From a bacterium (GTDB lineage Bacteria > UBA10199 > JAIBAG01), in contig JAIBAG010000016.1 in the NCBI GenBank assembly GCA_019695305.1, positions 1,161 through 65,160 of the forward strand: a stretch of 64,000 nt of DNA, given 5' to 3'. The position numbers were made by a program, and so were the translations under genes. Positions 18,221 through 26,026 of the stretch are shown piece after piece. Positions within the stretch are counted from its first letter, which is position 1. Each line of letters starts with the position of its first letter. Under the pieces are notes generated by a model that saw only the letters and a list, made by a program, of their open reading frames with translations, ran no database searches and was not told the origin of the DNA.

Positions 18221-19627
18221 ATGATTCGCACAAAAATTATTTGTACCTCTGGTCCTAGTGTTGACTCCCCTGATAAAATGCAGGCGCTGGTAGAGGCGGG
18301 CATGTCATTAATTCGCATTAACTGTTCACATGGTGCTATTGCCGACAGGCAAAAACAACTGGCTATTATTCGTGGCGTTGAAAAAAAAATGAACATCCCC
18401 ATTGGTATTATGGCCGATTTGCAAGGGCCTAAACTGCGTGTGGCTAAACTTGCGCAGCATCTCGATTTACACCGTGACGAAGTATGGAAATTATCACCAA
18501 GCGAAAAACAAGATCAGGTTAAAAAAGTAATTCCTGTAGATTACAAGCGCATTGCGCAGGCTGTAGTTCCGGGTGATATGCTGTATATGGATGATGGTCT
18601 TATTCAAACGGTTGTAGTTAAAAAAAATAAGGCCGATGTGTGGGTTAAAATTATTCACGGTGGAATTTTGGAAAGCCGCAAAGGCATTAATATCCCCAAC
18701 TTTAAAGCGCATAATCCTATTCTTAACAGTAAAGACAAAGAAGATTTGAAATGGGCCTTAGCGCAAAAACTCGATTTTATTGCTGTGTCGTTTGTGCGTA
18801 CGGTAAAAGATATAAAAGACGTGCGCAAATTTATAGCGCAACATTCAAGCGAACATGTACCTCTTGTAATTGCTAAAATTGAAAAGCCCGAAGCTGTAGA
18901 TAATTTGGACGGTATTATTAAAGAAAGCGATGGTATTTTGGTGGCCAGAGGAGATTTGGGAATTGAGTTGTCGCCCGAGCGTGTGCCGGTAGTGCAAAAG
19001 CAAATTATTGAACAGTGCCGTTTGCTGCAAAAGCCTGTTATTGTGGCAACACAAATGCTGGATAGCATGCGCTACAATCCACGTCCTACACGTGCCGAGG
19101 TGAGTGATGTAGCAAGTTCTATTTATGCCGGTGCCGATGCGGTGATGCTAACCGGCGAAACCTCCAGTGGTAAATATCCTATTAAAGCTACCCAAATGAT
19201 TTCTAAAATTGTTTCCGAGGTAGAAACACACATGGAGCTTAAGAGTTTTTTTAAACGCGCCAGTGATTTTGGTGTTTCTCAATATTGGGATGCCTTTGTA
19301 TTTAATGTGATGACCATGGCGTCGGATATTAAAGCCAAGGCTATAGTTGTGCTGGTAAAAAACGGGCATATCACCAAAATATTATCTAAAATGCATCCCA
19401 AGCAGCCCGTTTATTCTATTGCTCCCAATCCGGCCAGCCATCGCAAGCTTACTTTATTTTGGGGCGTGTATCCGTTAGAGGTATTTCATAGCCATCTTGA
19501 AAAACGTATTGATGGCGGGCTTGCCATTTTGCGTAAAAAGAAAGTGGTTAAAAAAGGCGAGAAACTTATTTTTGTGTACCGCGATTATAAAACCGATAAT
19601 CTTAATTTAAAAGTGATGGAGTGTTAA
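18221..19627 (+). CDS. pyk: Pyruvate kinase
   Basis: 468 aa. MIRTKIICTSGP, IRINCSHG, ADLQGPKLR, VARGDLGIE and MLTGETSSGKYP motifs. Confidence 0.92.
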   Translation: MIRTKIICTSGPSVDSPDKMQALVEAGMSLIRINCSHGAIADRQKQLAIIRGVEKKMNIPIGIMADLQGPKLRVAKLAQHLDLHRDEVWKLSPSEKQDQVKKVIPVDYKRIAQAVVPGDMLYMDDGLIQTVVVKKNKADVWVKIIHGGILESRKGINIPNFKAHNPILNSKDKEDLKWALAQKLDFIAVSFVRTVKDIKDVRKFIAQHSSEHVPLVIAKIEKPEAVDNLDGIIKESDGILVARGDLGIELSPERVPVVQKQIIEQCRLLQKPVIVATQMLDSMRYNPRPTRAEVSDVASSIYAGADAVMLTGETSSGKYPIKATQMISKIVSEVETHMELKSFFKRASDFGVSQYWDAFVFNVMTMASDIKAKAIVVLVKNGHITKILSKMHPKQPVYSIAPNPASHRKLTLFWGVYPLEVFHSHLEKRIDGGLAILRKKKVVKKGEKLIFVYRDYKTDNLNLKVMEC

Positions 19628-19634
19628 AAATATT

Positions 19635-19934
19635 ATGAAAAATCAAAATCAACAATCACCCCAAATTCCGGCCATGCGTTATCCTGCTATTGAAAAGCTT
19701 ATTGAAACCGAAGCCTTTGAGCCGGTTAACCGGTCGTTTACTACCACTTATGAAATGTTGGAGCGTTTTTTAAAGGATAAGTCGGGGGGGTTAAAAAAGC
19801 AGGGGCAAATCAGACAAGCCCTAAAAGCCTACGATTTAACCACCGATCTTATCAAAGAACTGCTGAAAGTTAAGCAAGAACTTCTTAAAAATCAAAAGGA
19901 TAGCCCTGATAAAAAAAGTCCTCAAAAAAAATGA
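19635..19934 (+). CDS. Small Lys-rich hypothetical protein
   Basis: 99-aa ORF 8 nt after pyk. No recognisable domain. Confidence 0.45.
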   Translation: MKNQNQQSPQIPAMRYPAIEKLIETEAFEPVNRSFTTTYEMLERFLKDKSGGLKKQGQIRQALKAYDLTTDLIKELLKVKQELLKNQKDSPDKKSPQKK

Positions 19935-19942
19935 GTAAAAAA

Positions 19943-19971
19943 ACAACTTAAGGGGGAGCTCTTTCCGATAA
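19943..19971 (+). promoter_or_regulatory. Candidate sigma-28 (FliA-family) promoter upstream of the SctF-like gene
   Basis: ACAACTT-N15-CCGATAA. The -10 matches the sigma-28 consensus GCCGATAA at 7 of 8 positions. The same bipartite motif with identical spacing occurs at 22130-22158. The -35 part deviates from TAAAGTTT. Confidence 0.35.
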
Positions 19972-20094
19972 TTATCCTGAGAGGAAACAGTTCCTCTGAA
20001 ATTAATCCCCTGCGCTAATGCTTCGGGGATAAGACCCTGATAAAGCCGCCCTGAACTTTGTTCAGGCCGACTAACAGGCTCTAAAGGAGTTATT

Positions 20095-20631
20095 ATGGCA
20101 AATACTCAACCGATTGAAACCAACTATGTAGATATGACGGGTGCTACAACTACGGCCCAGCAACGTGCGGTTTCGGGAACCAATTTTTACGATACCATGA
20201 ACCAGCTGATGTACTACGCCGGTCCTACAGCCGCTCAAACGGCTGCTTATACGGGTCATGATGTAGTGTCGGCTGCCATCACGGCTTCGGCCGGTGGCTA
20301 CGGCGGTGGTTATGCCGGTTACCCCGGGATGTCTACCGGCGGTATGGGTTATACGGGTTATCCTTCGGCTTCGGTAGGCTTTAACTCGGGCGGTGTGGGT
20401 GCCAGTGTTTCGTACGGTGGGTCATCTAGTGCTGTTTCACGCAGTACGGGCACTTCTGATACCATGAGCTTAGTGAGTGATCAATTATACCAAGGCCAAG
20501 TACAAAACATGGAGATGTTGGTACTTCAAAACCAGGTAGCCGATGTAAACCGTACCTGGCAAATTGCCTCTACCGTAAGCGCCAATAGCGAACAAACCAA
20601 AATGGCGATGGTAAGAAATATGAGAGGTTAA
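20095..20631 (+). CDS. Needle-filament (SctF)-like protein with long Gly/Tyr/Ser-rich N-terminal extension
   Basis: 178 aa. The C-terminal ~45 aa (LVLQNQVADVNRTWQIASTVSANSEQTKMAMVRNMRG) follows the SctF pattern (..LQ..(I/V)N+W..I.ST+....+..I+QNFR). AAGGAG RBS. Strong terminator after it. It sits at the fliE/sctF position before a TPR chaperone and sctJ. Confidence 0.5.
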   Translation: MANTQPIETNYVDMTGATTTAQQRAVSGTNFYDTMNQLMYYAGPTAAQTAAYTGHDVVSAAITASAGGYGGGYAGYPGMSTGGMGYTGYPSASVGFNSGGVGASVSYGGSSSAVSRSTGTSDTMSLVSDQLYQGQVQNMEMLVLQNQVADVNRTWQIASTVSANSEQTKMAMVRNMRG

Positions 20632-20660
20632 GATTAGCCTCTAAAAGCAGAAGTCACAAG

Positions 20661-20696
20661 ATCGCGGTCCCGCCCCAGGCGGGACCGCGATTTTTG
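20661..20696 (+). terminator. Rho-independent terminator
   Basis: ATCGCGGTCCCGCC-CCA-GGCGGGACCGCGAT forms a 14-bp stem, followed by TTTTTG. Confidence 0.85.
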
Positions 20697-20757
20697 CTTT
20701 GGGGCTTATTAAACTTGTGTCATACTCCTAAAAGTATCTGATTTAAGAGGGAGAATT

Positions 20758-21192
20758 ATGATTGATGTTCCGCGTGATGATTTGGTGTTGATGATGGAAG
20801 CCGGTTATATTTATCTGGCCATGGGCAAGCTTTCTGAAGCGCGCCAGGTATTTGAAGGCATTTCAGTATTAGCGCCTCAAAACGAAATTCCACTTGTGGC
20901 TATTTCCAACGTTTATTTTGCTCAAAAAAAATATTTGCAGGCTATCCGTACCTTAAAAGAAGCTGTGGAACTTAATCCCAAAAGTGCCTTTGCCAAATCG
21001 CATTTGGGTGAAGCCTATTTGTTTTACGGTAAAAAAGATGAAGCTATTGAAACATTAAATGAGGCTTCCAAGCTAGACCCCAGTGGCAAGCCGGGTGATT
21101 TTGCCCGCTCGCTTTTAGAACTGATCAAAACGGGTTATGACCCTGTGGCGCTTACCAAGCAAGCCAAAGAAATGAAAAAAGGTGCCAAATGA
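20758..21192 (+). CDS. TPR-type T3SS chaperone
   Basis: 144 aa, all TPR. Lies between the needle-like gene and sctJ, the position of yscG-type needle chaperones. Overlaps the sctJ start by 4 nt. Confidence 0.6.
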   Translation: MIDVPRDDLVLMMEAGYIYLAMGKLSEARQVFEGISVLAPQNEIPLVAISNVYFAQKKYLQAIRTLKEAVELNPKSAFAKSHLGEAYLFYGKKDEAIETLNEASKLDPSGKPGDFARSLLELIKTGYDPVALTKQAKEMKKGAK

Positions 21193-22079
21193 CAACACGT
21201 CTTCTCTCTTGCTTAGCTGTTCTTCTTTTTATAGCTGCTTGTAACGAGCAGGTTACCTTAGTGCAGGATCTCGATCAAAAAAATACCAATGCTATTTTGT
21301 TTGTGCTGGCTAAAAATGGCATTAGCGCCCAAAAACAAGTGGTAGAAAAACAGCAGGAAAAAAGTTGGGTGGTAACGGTTGCCTCTGGCGATGAAGTGCG
21401 TGCACGTGAAATTTTGATGATGAACCAGCTTCCCAAGGAGCGCCAGCTGGGGCTTTCCGGGGTTTGTAAGGATGCGGGTTTAATTCCTACTCCTAAAACC
21501 GAAAAGTGTCGCGAGTTGCTGGCATTAAAAGGTGAAATTATTAACTCACTTGAATCTATTCAGGGAGTGGTGAGTGCCGATGTAGTATTAAACGTTCCCG
21601 AAAAAGAAGATTTCCCTGACGAAAATGCGCCACCTAAAAGGCCTACAGCTTCAGTGGTGATAGAGGTATCGGCGGAGTTTGGCAAAAATATTACCGAATC
21701 GAAGGTGCAGCAATTTGTGGCCAATGCGGTAACTGGCATGGATGTAAGAGATGTGGCTGTTATCATCAGTATGCCCGGGCAAAAGAAAGATACACCCACT
21801 GACACAACGGCTCAAATTGAAACTGGTGATAAAGTATCTCCCGAAAATGAAGATGTAGTTCAAAGCGCCGATATGACTTCGGTGGGGGGCTTATCCATGG
21901 ATGAAGCTTCGGCCAAAAAATTTAAAATTATTGCTGTTTTCTTTTTGTTTGTGTTTGTCCTGCTTTCCGCAGGCCTCATTGCTGTTCTTTTCCAAATGGC
22001 TCGTTTAAGACAAAAAAATGAAAAGCCTATGAATACCTTGCCCGAGCCGGTGGCTAACAGGGATGTGGTAAATACATAA
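21189..22079 (+). CDS. sctJ: T3SS inner-membrane ring lipoprotein SctJ (YscJ/PrgK/HrcJ family)
   Basis: 296 aa. Lipobox LLFIAAC. YscJ/FliF-family N-terminal pattern (L..DLDQK.TNAILFVLAKNGISAQK, EVRAREILMMNQLPKE). C-terminal TM FFLFVFVLLSAGLIAVLF. Confidence 0.8.
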   Translation: MTTRLLSCLAVLLFIAACNEQVTLVQDLDQKNTNAILFVLAKNGISAQKQVVEKQQEKSWVVTVASGDEVRAREILMMNQLPKERQLGLSGVCKDAGLIPTPKTEKCRELLALKGEIINSLESIQGVVSADVVLNVPEKEDFPDENAPPKRPTASVVIEVSAEFGKNITESKVQQFVANAVTGMDVRDVAVIISMPGQKKDTPTDTTAQIETGDKVSPENEDVVQSADMTSVGGLSMDEASAKKFKIIAVFFLFVFVLLSAGLIAVLFQMARLRQKNEKPMNTLPEPVANRDVVNT

Positions 22080-22129
22080 GATATTGATTTTATTAATAAT
22101 TTTTTTATTAATAAAAAAAGAGTTTTTTC

Positions 22130-22158
22130 ACAACTTTGGCCTCTCATTTTGTCGATAA
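22130..22158 (+). promoter_or_regulatory. Candidate sigma-28 (FliA-family) promoter
   Basis: ACAACTT-N15-TCGATAA (-10 GTCGATAA), the same architecture as 19943-19971. About 20 nt upstream of the ATG at 22179. Confidence 0.35.
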
Positions 22159-22178
22159 TACTAGTGAGAGGTTTTTTT

Positions 22179-22631
22179 ATGAGTTCTTCACCACAAATTA
22201 CAGGCCCTTCGTACTTAAGAATGGATTATTCGCGTGCGGATAAATACGTTTATCCCGAACCGCCCAAACTTACTTTTTGGCAAAAATTGGGTCGTGGTGT
22301 GGGTAAGTTTATGTCGTGGGCTGGCCCTATTGGCGCTGCTGTTACTGCGGTAGCCTTGCCAGGTGTAGGTTTACCGTTAGCTGCTGGTATTTATGGTTTA
22401 TCGCGCTATTCGCAAGATAAAGTGGCCCAGTCTTATCAAAAAGATCAAATTGCCATGGCTAACCAGCCCATGCCTCAAAATATCACCATGCCCGGTTTAT
22501 TTGCGTCTACGCCTCCCAGTGCGGGAAGTATCACTACCGATTTTATTGCCCCCCGTTCATTTGATGCTAATATTTCGGATGTGATTATGAACCGTAACGA
22601 AACCGAAGTTCAAATGCGCTCTGGTTTTTAA
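22179..22631 (+). CDS. Hypothetical protein with central hairpin-like hydrophobic segment
   Basis: 150 aa from the ATG at 22179 (GAGAGG SD 8 nt upstream; the ORF track starts at a TTG at 22149). Hydrophobic FMSWAGPIGAAVTAVALPGVGLPLAAGIYGL. Confidence 0.55.
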   Translation: MSSSPQITGPSYLRMDYSRADKYVYPEPPKLTFWQKLGRGVGKFMSWAGPIGAAVTAVALPGVGLPLAAGIYGLSRYSQDKVAQSYQKDQIAMANQPMPQNITMPGLFASTPPSAGSITTDFIAPRSFDANISDVIMNRNETEVQMRSGF

Positions 22632-22785
22632 AATATGTTTTTTGACATAATGCGTCAAAAAAATTGATTTTATCCTGATTCTATCTTGGTTTTACCTTGC
22701 CATTCTGAAATAATCATTTTAAGGCCTAGTGTTTTAGATTAGCGCTTGGTTAAGTATTTATCCGTTCTTTTTAATGTTCTTAGAA

Positions 22786-22824
22786 GAGTCCGATACCAGT
22801 CTCAAAATCGGACTCCAGTCTCAC
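22786..22824. promoter_or_regulatory. Inverted repeat GAGTCCGAT-N12-ATCGGACTC with two direct CAGTCTCA copies; candidate UAS
   Basis: About 130-160 bp upstream of the sigma-54 promoter at 22950, with an AT-rich tract between. Shares AGTCTCA with the 7368 palindrome. Confidence 0.35.
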
Positions 22825-22949
22825 AAAGTGGGGGGTATAAACCCATTGATTGGGATACAAGATAGAAAAGGACTGAGCTTTTTTGTGGTAAGTTATTGAA
22901 ATAATTTAATTTTATTTTTTATTCAAAACTTTTAAAAGATACTCTTATT

Positions 22950-22965
22950 TGGCATGTGAAATGCT
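22950..22965 (+). promoter_or_regulatory. Sigma-54 (-24/-12) type promoter upstream of the fliA-like/sctKLNOP operon
   Basis: TGGCAT-GTGAA-ATGCT with correct GG/GC spacing. 35 nt upstream of the ATG at 23000. Confidence 0.55.
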
Positions 22966-22999
22966 CTAAGTAATAAAGTAACTTTTAAAAGGGGTTCAC

Positions 23000-23830
23000 A
23001 TGGTCATGCAAAAGCAAAAGAAGGTGGAAAAAGTGGCGAAAGAGGCAAAACAGCCTGTAGCACCAGCTCCTCAAAAAGCACCTGCTGTTAAAGGGCCGGC
23101 TGAGGACTTAATTGAAAAGTACATTCCTTTTGCGTCTTCTATTGCTAATAAAATTGCGCGCTCGCTTTCATCGGATGCTGATTACGATGATATTTTGTGT
23201 AATGCCCGTTTGGGCTTACTGGAAGCTGCCCGCCGTTTTGATGACCGTTTCAATGTAGATTTTAAAACATTTGCCTACTACCGTATTAAAGGCGCTATTT
23301 ATGACGGTTTGCGTAAAACGGGCTGGATTCCTCGTTCCATCTATACCAAATTTAAAATGGAACAAGCCGCCAATGAATATTTTAAAGGTGTTACCGAACG
23401 CATTATGGATTCGGCCGATTCCATTAAAAGTGATTTGGACATGTTAAGTGATAAAGTAAGCCAGATGGCTTCTGTGTATGTGATGTCGCTTGATAACATG
23501 GAAGAATATGAAGTGGAAGATAAGTCGGCTAAGCGCGATATTGAGCATAAGGCCGAGTTCCAGAAAATTAAGGAAAAAATGCGGGATGCTATTGAAGGCT
23601 TGCCCGAGAAAGAACGTAAGCTTGTAAAAATGTATTATTTCCAAAACAAGACTTTGCAGGAAATTGGAGAACGTTTAAACTTATCTAAGTCGTGGACCTC
23701 GCGTTTGCACGCCCGCTCGCTGGATTTGCTGATGAAAAAGCTGTCTGGCATTGGTGGCGATATGACGCTGGGTGAAGATTTTACGTTTGATGAAGCCGAT
23801 GTTTCGGCTGATTTAGGAGTAAGAGCGTAA
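23000..23830 (+). CDS. fliA: RNA polymerase sigma factor, FliA/WhiG (sigma-28) family
   Basis: 276 aa. Region 2 (DYDDILCNARLGLLEAARRFD...FKTFAYYRIKGAIYDGLRK). Region 4 (LPEKERKLVKMYYFQNKTLQEIGERLNLSKSWTSRLHARSL). Confidence 0.8.
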   Translation: MVMQKQKKVEKVAKEAKQPVAPAPQKAPAVKGPAEDLIEKYIPFASSIANKIARSLSSDADYDDILCNARLGLLEAARRFDDRFNVDFKTFAYYRIKGAIYDGLRKTGWIPRSIYTKFKMEQAANEYFKGVTERIMDSADSIKSDLDMLSDKVSQMASVYVMSLDNMEEYEVEDKSAKRDIEHKAEFQKIKEKMRDAIEGLPEKERKLVKMYYFQNKTLQEIGERLNLSKSWTSRLHARSLDLLMKKLSGIGGDMTLGEDFTFDEADVSADLGVRA

Positions 23831-23836
23831 AAAATT

Positions 23837-24307
23837 ATGGATCCTATTGTTGCCAAACTGAATGATGCCTTAAATAAAAAGGTTCAAGAGTCGATTAAGC
23901 CTCAGGGCGAAGGTGTATCGTTTCAAAACACCCTAGACGACAAAATCACCTCCCGTTTTATCGATCGTTTAAAAGACGATGCCAAAATTGATGTTGGTCA
24001 AAACATGTCTATTGTGTCGGCTGATGATATTAAAATTGAAACAACCAACCCAGAGCTGGATACCAATAAAATCTTTTCGGCATCCGATCAGATGGAAAAT
24101 ATGTTCAAAGAAATGAACAACGGCTTGTTGGGTATGGATTCGGCCCTTGAAACTATTGCTGCTCCCAATACTAAACTTTCTTATCAAGACTGCTTAAAGC
24201 TTCAAATGTTTACTGCCCATACGGGTTTAATGGCTGAAGCTTTTTCTAAATTTACAGACGGTTTAACTCGCGGTATAACAACCATTCTACAAACTCAGGC
24301 TGGTTAA
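23837..24307 (+). CDS. Hypothetical hydrophilic protein; possible inner-rod SctI-like, or alternatively an anti-sigma factor
   Basis: 156 aa, 6 nt after the sigma gene. The C-terminal helix LKLQMFTAHTGLMAEAFSKFTDGLTRGITTILQTQ loosely resembles SctI/PrgJ C-termini. No firm assignment. Confidence 0.3.
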   Translation: MDPIVAKLNDALNKKVQESIKPQGEGVSFQNTLDDKITSRFIDRLKDDAKIDVGQNMSIVSADDIKIETTNPELDTNKIFSASDQMENMFKEMNNGLLGMDSALETIAAPNTKLSYQDCLKLQMFTAHTGLMAEAFSKFTDGLTRGITTILQTQAG

Positions 24308-24366
24308 TCTCGTGATGCGCCTTTTGTAACAAGCCGCAAACGTTTCACGAGGGATACGCGACGCTT

Positions 24367-25299
24367 ATGGCTCTTAGTCTTCGAAAAAAATCATTCATCA
24401 TAATTTCAATGCTGCTTGACGCCGAGGGGACCGAAGCTCTTTTTACTTGTTTTCCTCCTGATCAACAAAATTCTCTTAAAGAAGGTTTATCGTTCTTAAA
24501 ACAAAGTACCAAAAATGGTGATCCCAAGGCTTTGGCTTTAGAGCTTAAAAAAGTACAGGCTTTAAGCCAAAAATCGGTACTGGGTGAAGTTCATCCCGAT
24601 TGGATTATGGAATTGCTCATGAAAGAACCGCCACGTTTGGTGGCGACAGTGCTAAGATATCTTTCCGGTGAGCAGGTTCGGTATATATTAGAGCATTTAC
24701 CCGAAAGTGTGATGGCCAGCCTTCCGCCGTTAGATCAAACCTTTTCTATTCGCACCGAGGTTATTGATATTTTAAAACGAAAATTTGAAAGCTATTTTGA
24801 TTCTTTTATAGAGCGCGAATTGCCAGCCGGTCTAGACCGTTTTGAAACCTTATGTGTGCATTCGTTTCACGACTTGGAGCTTCTTTTTAAAGATATTGGT
24901 TTTAAGGAAATGGCCATGGCCTTTGCTACTCTTAATGAAAAAGCTATCCAGGCCATATTGTCGCGCCTTCCCTTAGAAGATTCCGAAAATCTTAAAATTC
25001 ATATTGCCCAGCGTGGCGATGTAGTATTGGATCGCTTGAAACGGGCACAAAATAATTTGCTGGCCTCCGAAATGAAGCGCTCGGAGTACCTTATTTTAGA
25101 ACTGGGTTTATATGTGTACTCCAAGGCCGTTATGCCCCACCAGGCCGAATACGCAAAAAGGATTGTTTATAAATTTCCGCGTGAAGTGGGAAAGCAGCTT
25201 AAAAAGTATCTGGATCGTAACATGCCGCACAACCAAGATATGGGGGTAAAGCGCTATCAGGGTGAGATTGTTGATAGCTTAAAACGCCTCCAAAATTAG
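24367..25299 (+). CDS. FliG-like protein at the SctK position
   Basis: 310 aa. LMKEPPRLVATVLRYLSGEQVRYILEHLPESV resembles the FliG EHPQTIA..L..L....A..VL..LP segment. HSFHDLELLF..KEMAMAFATLNEKAIQAILSRL.......L......G.V.LDRLKRAQ resembles the FliG C-domain MFVFEDL..KDLALALKGA..ELREKFLSNM........L...G.VRL.DVEEAQ. Immediately upstream of sctL. Confidence 0.6.
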   Translation: MALSLRKKSFIIISMLLDAEGTEALFTCFPPDQQNSLKEGLSFLKQSTKNGDPKALALELKKVQALSQKSVLGEVHPDWIMELLMKEPPRLVATVLRYLSGEQVRYILEHLPESVMASLPPLDQTFSIRTEVIDILKRKFESYFDSFIERELPAGLDRFETLCVHSFHDLELLFKDIGFKEMAMAFATLNEKAIQAILSRLPLEDSENLKIHIAQRGDVVLDRLKRAQNNLLASEMKRSEYLILELGLYVYSKAVMPHQAEYAKRIVYKFPREVGKQLKKYLDRNMPHNQDMGVKRYQGEIVDSLKRLQN

Positions 25300-25336
25300 C
25301 ATGGTTTTGAGGCTTTAAAGAAGGTATCCTATAGGT

Positions 25337-26026
25337 ATGACCGGAAAAATAGTAAAACGCCAAGATGTGAACGAAAAACTCGATATTACCGATCAGGTGC
25401 ATATGGATACGGCCGCAGCTTCTGTATCGGCGGGGCGCAATGTAATTCGCAAGGATGATTTGGAGTCGGTAGGGAAAGCTAATGCTATTATTGATAAAGC
25501 CGTTGCAGAGGCCGCTATTATTAAAAGGCAAGCTAACGATTTATTGGCCAAAGTAGAAGAAGAAATAAAAATTAAAAAAGAACAAGGCTATGAAGAAGGT
25601 AAAAAGGCGGGAGCACGTGAAGTAAGTGAGTTTTTAATAAAAGCCAAACGACATAAAGAAAAAATGTTCCAAGATTTGGAGCCAGATCTCATTAAATTAG
25701 TTTATGACATTTCCGAAAAAATTATTGGTAAAGATTTAAGCGAACGTGAAGGTGCCATCGTCGATTTAATCCGCCAAGCGCTGTCAACTTCACTGGGCCA
25801 AAAAATTGTAGTGGTGGTGCATCCCGCCGATTTACAAGTTGTAAAAGCTAATCAACCGCAGTTGTTGCAGGCTCTTGATGCGACCTGTACCTTACAAATT
25901 CGTGCCGACGAACGCGTAAAACCAAAAGGTTGTTTTATTGAAACTGAAATTGGAACCATTGACGCCGAGCTTGAAACGCAACTCACCATTATTCGTCAAG
26001 CCTTAGGATTGGAACCCAATGCATGA
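25337..26026 (+). CDS. sctL: T3SS stator protein SctL (FliH/YscL family)
   Basis: 229 aa. Coiled-coil N-terminus (EEEIKIKKEQGYEEGKKAG) and a FliH-type C-domain. 4-nt overlap with sctN. Confidence 0.8.
   Translation: MTGKIVKRQDVNEKLDITDQVHMDTAAASVSAGRNVIRKDDLESVGKANAIIDKAVAEAAIIKRQANDLLAKVEEEIKIKKEQGYEEGKKAGAREVSEFLIKAKRHKEKMFQDLEPDLIKLVYDISEKIIGKDLSEREGAIVDLIRQALSTSLGQKIVVVVHPADLQVVKANQPQLLQALDATCTLQIRADERVKPKGCFIETEIGTIDAELETQLTIIRQALGLEPNA

Noticed and set aside
22637-22659. AT-rich palindrome TTTTTGAC-N7-GTCAAAAA after the 22179 gene, considered as a regulatory operator
   Set aside because: It is most simply a weak terminator-like hairpin at the 3' end of the gene, with no second copy or associated regulator.
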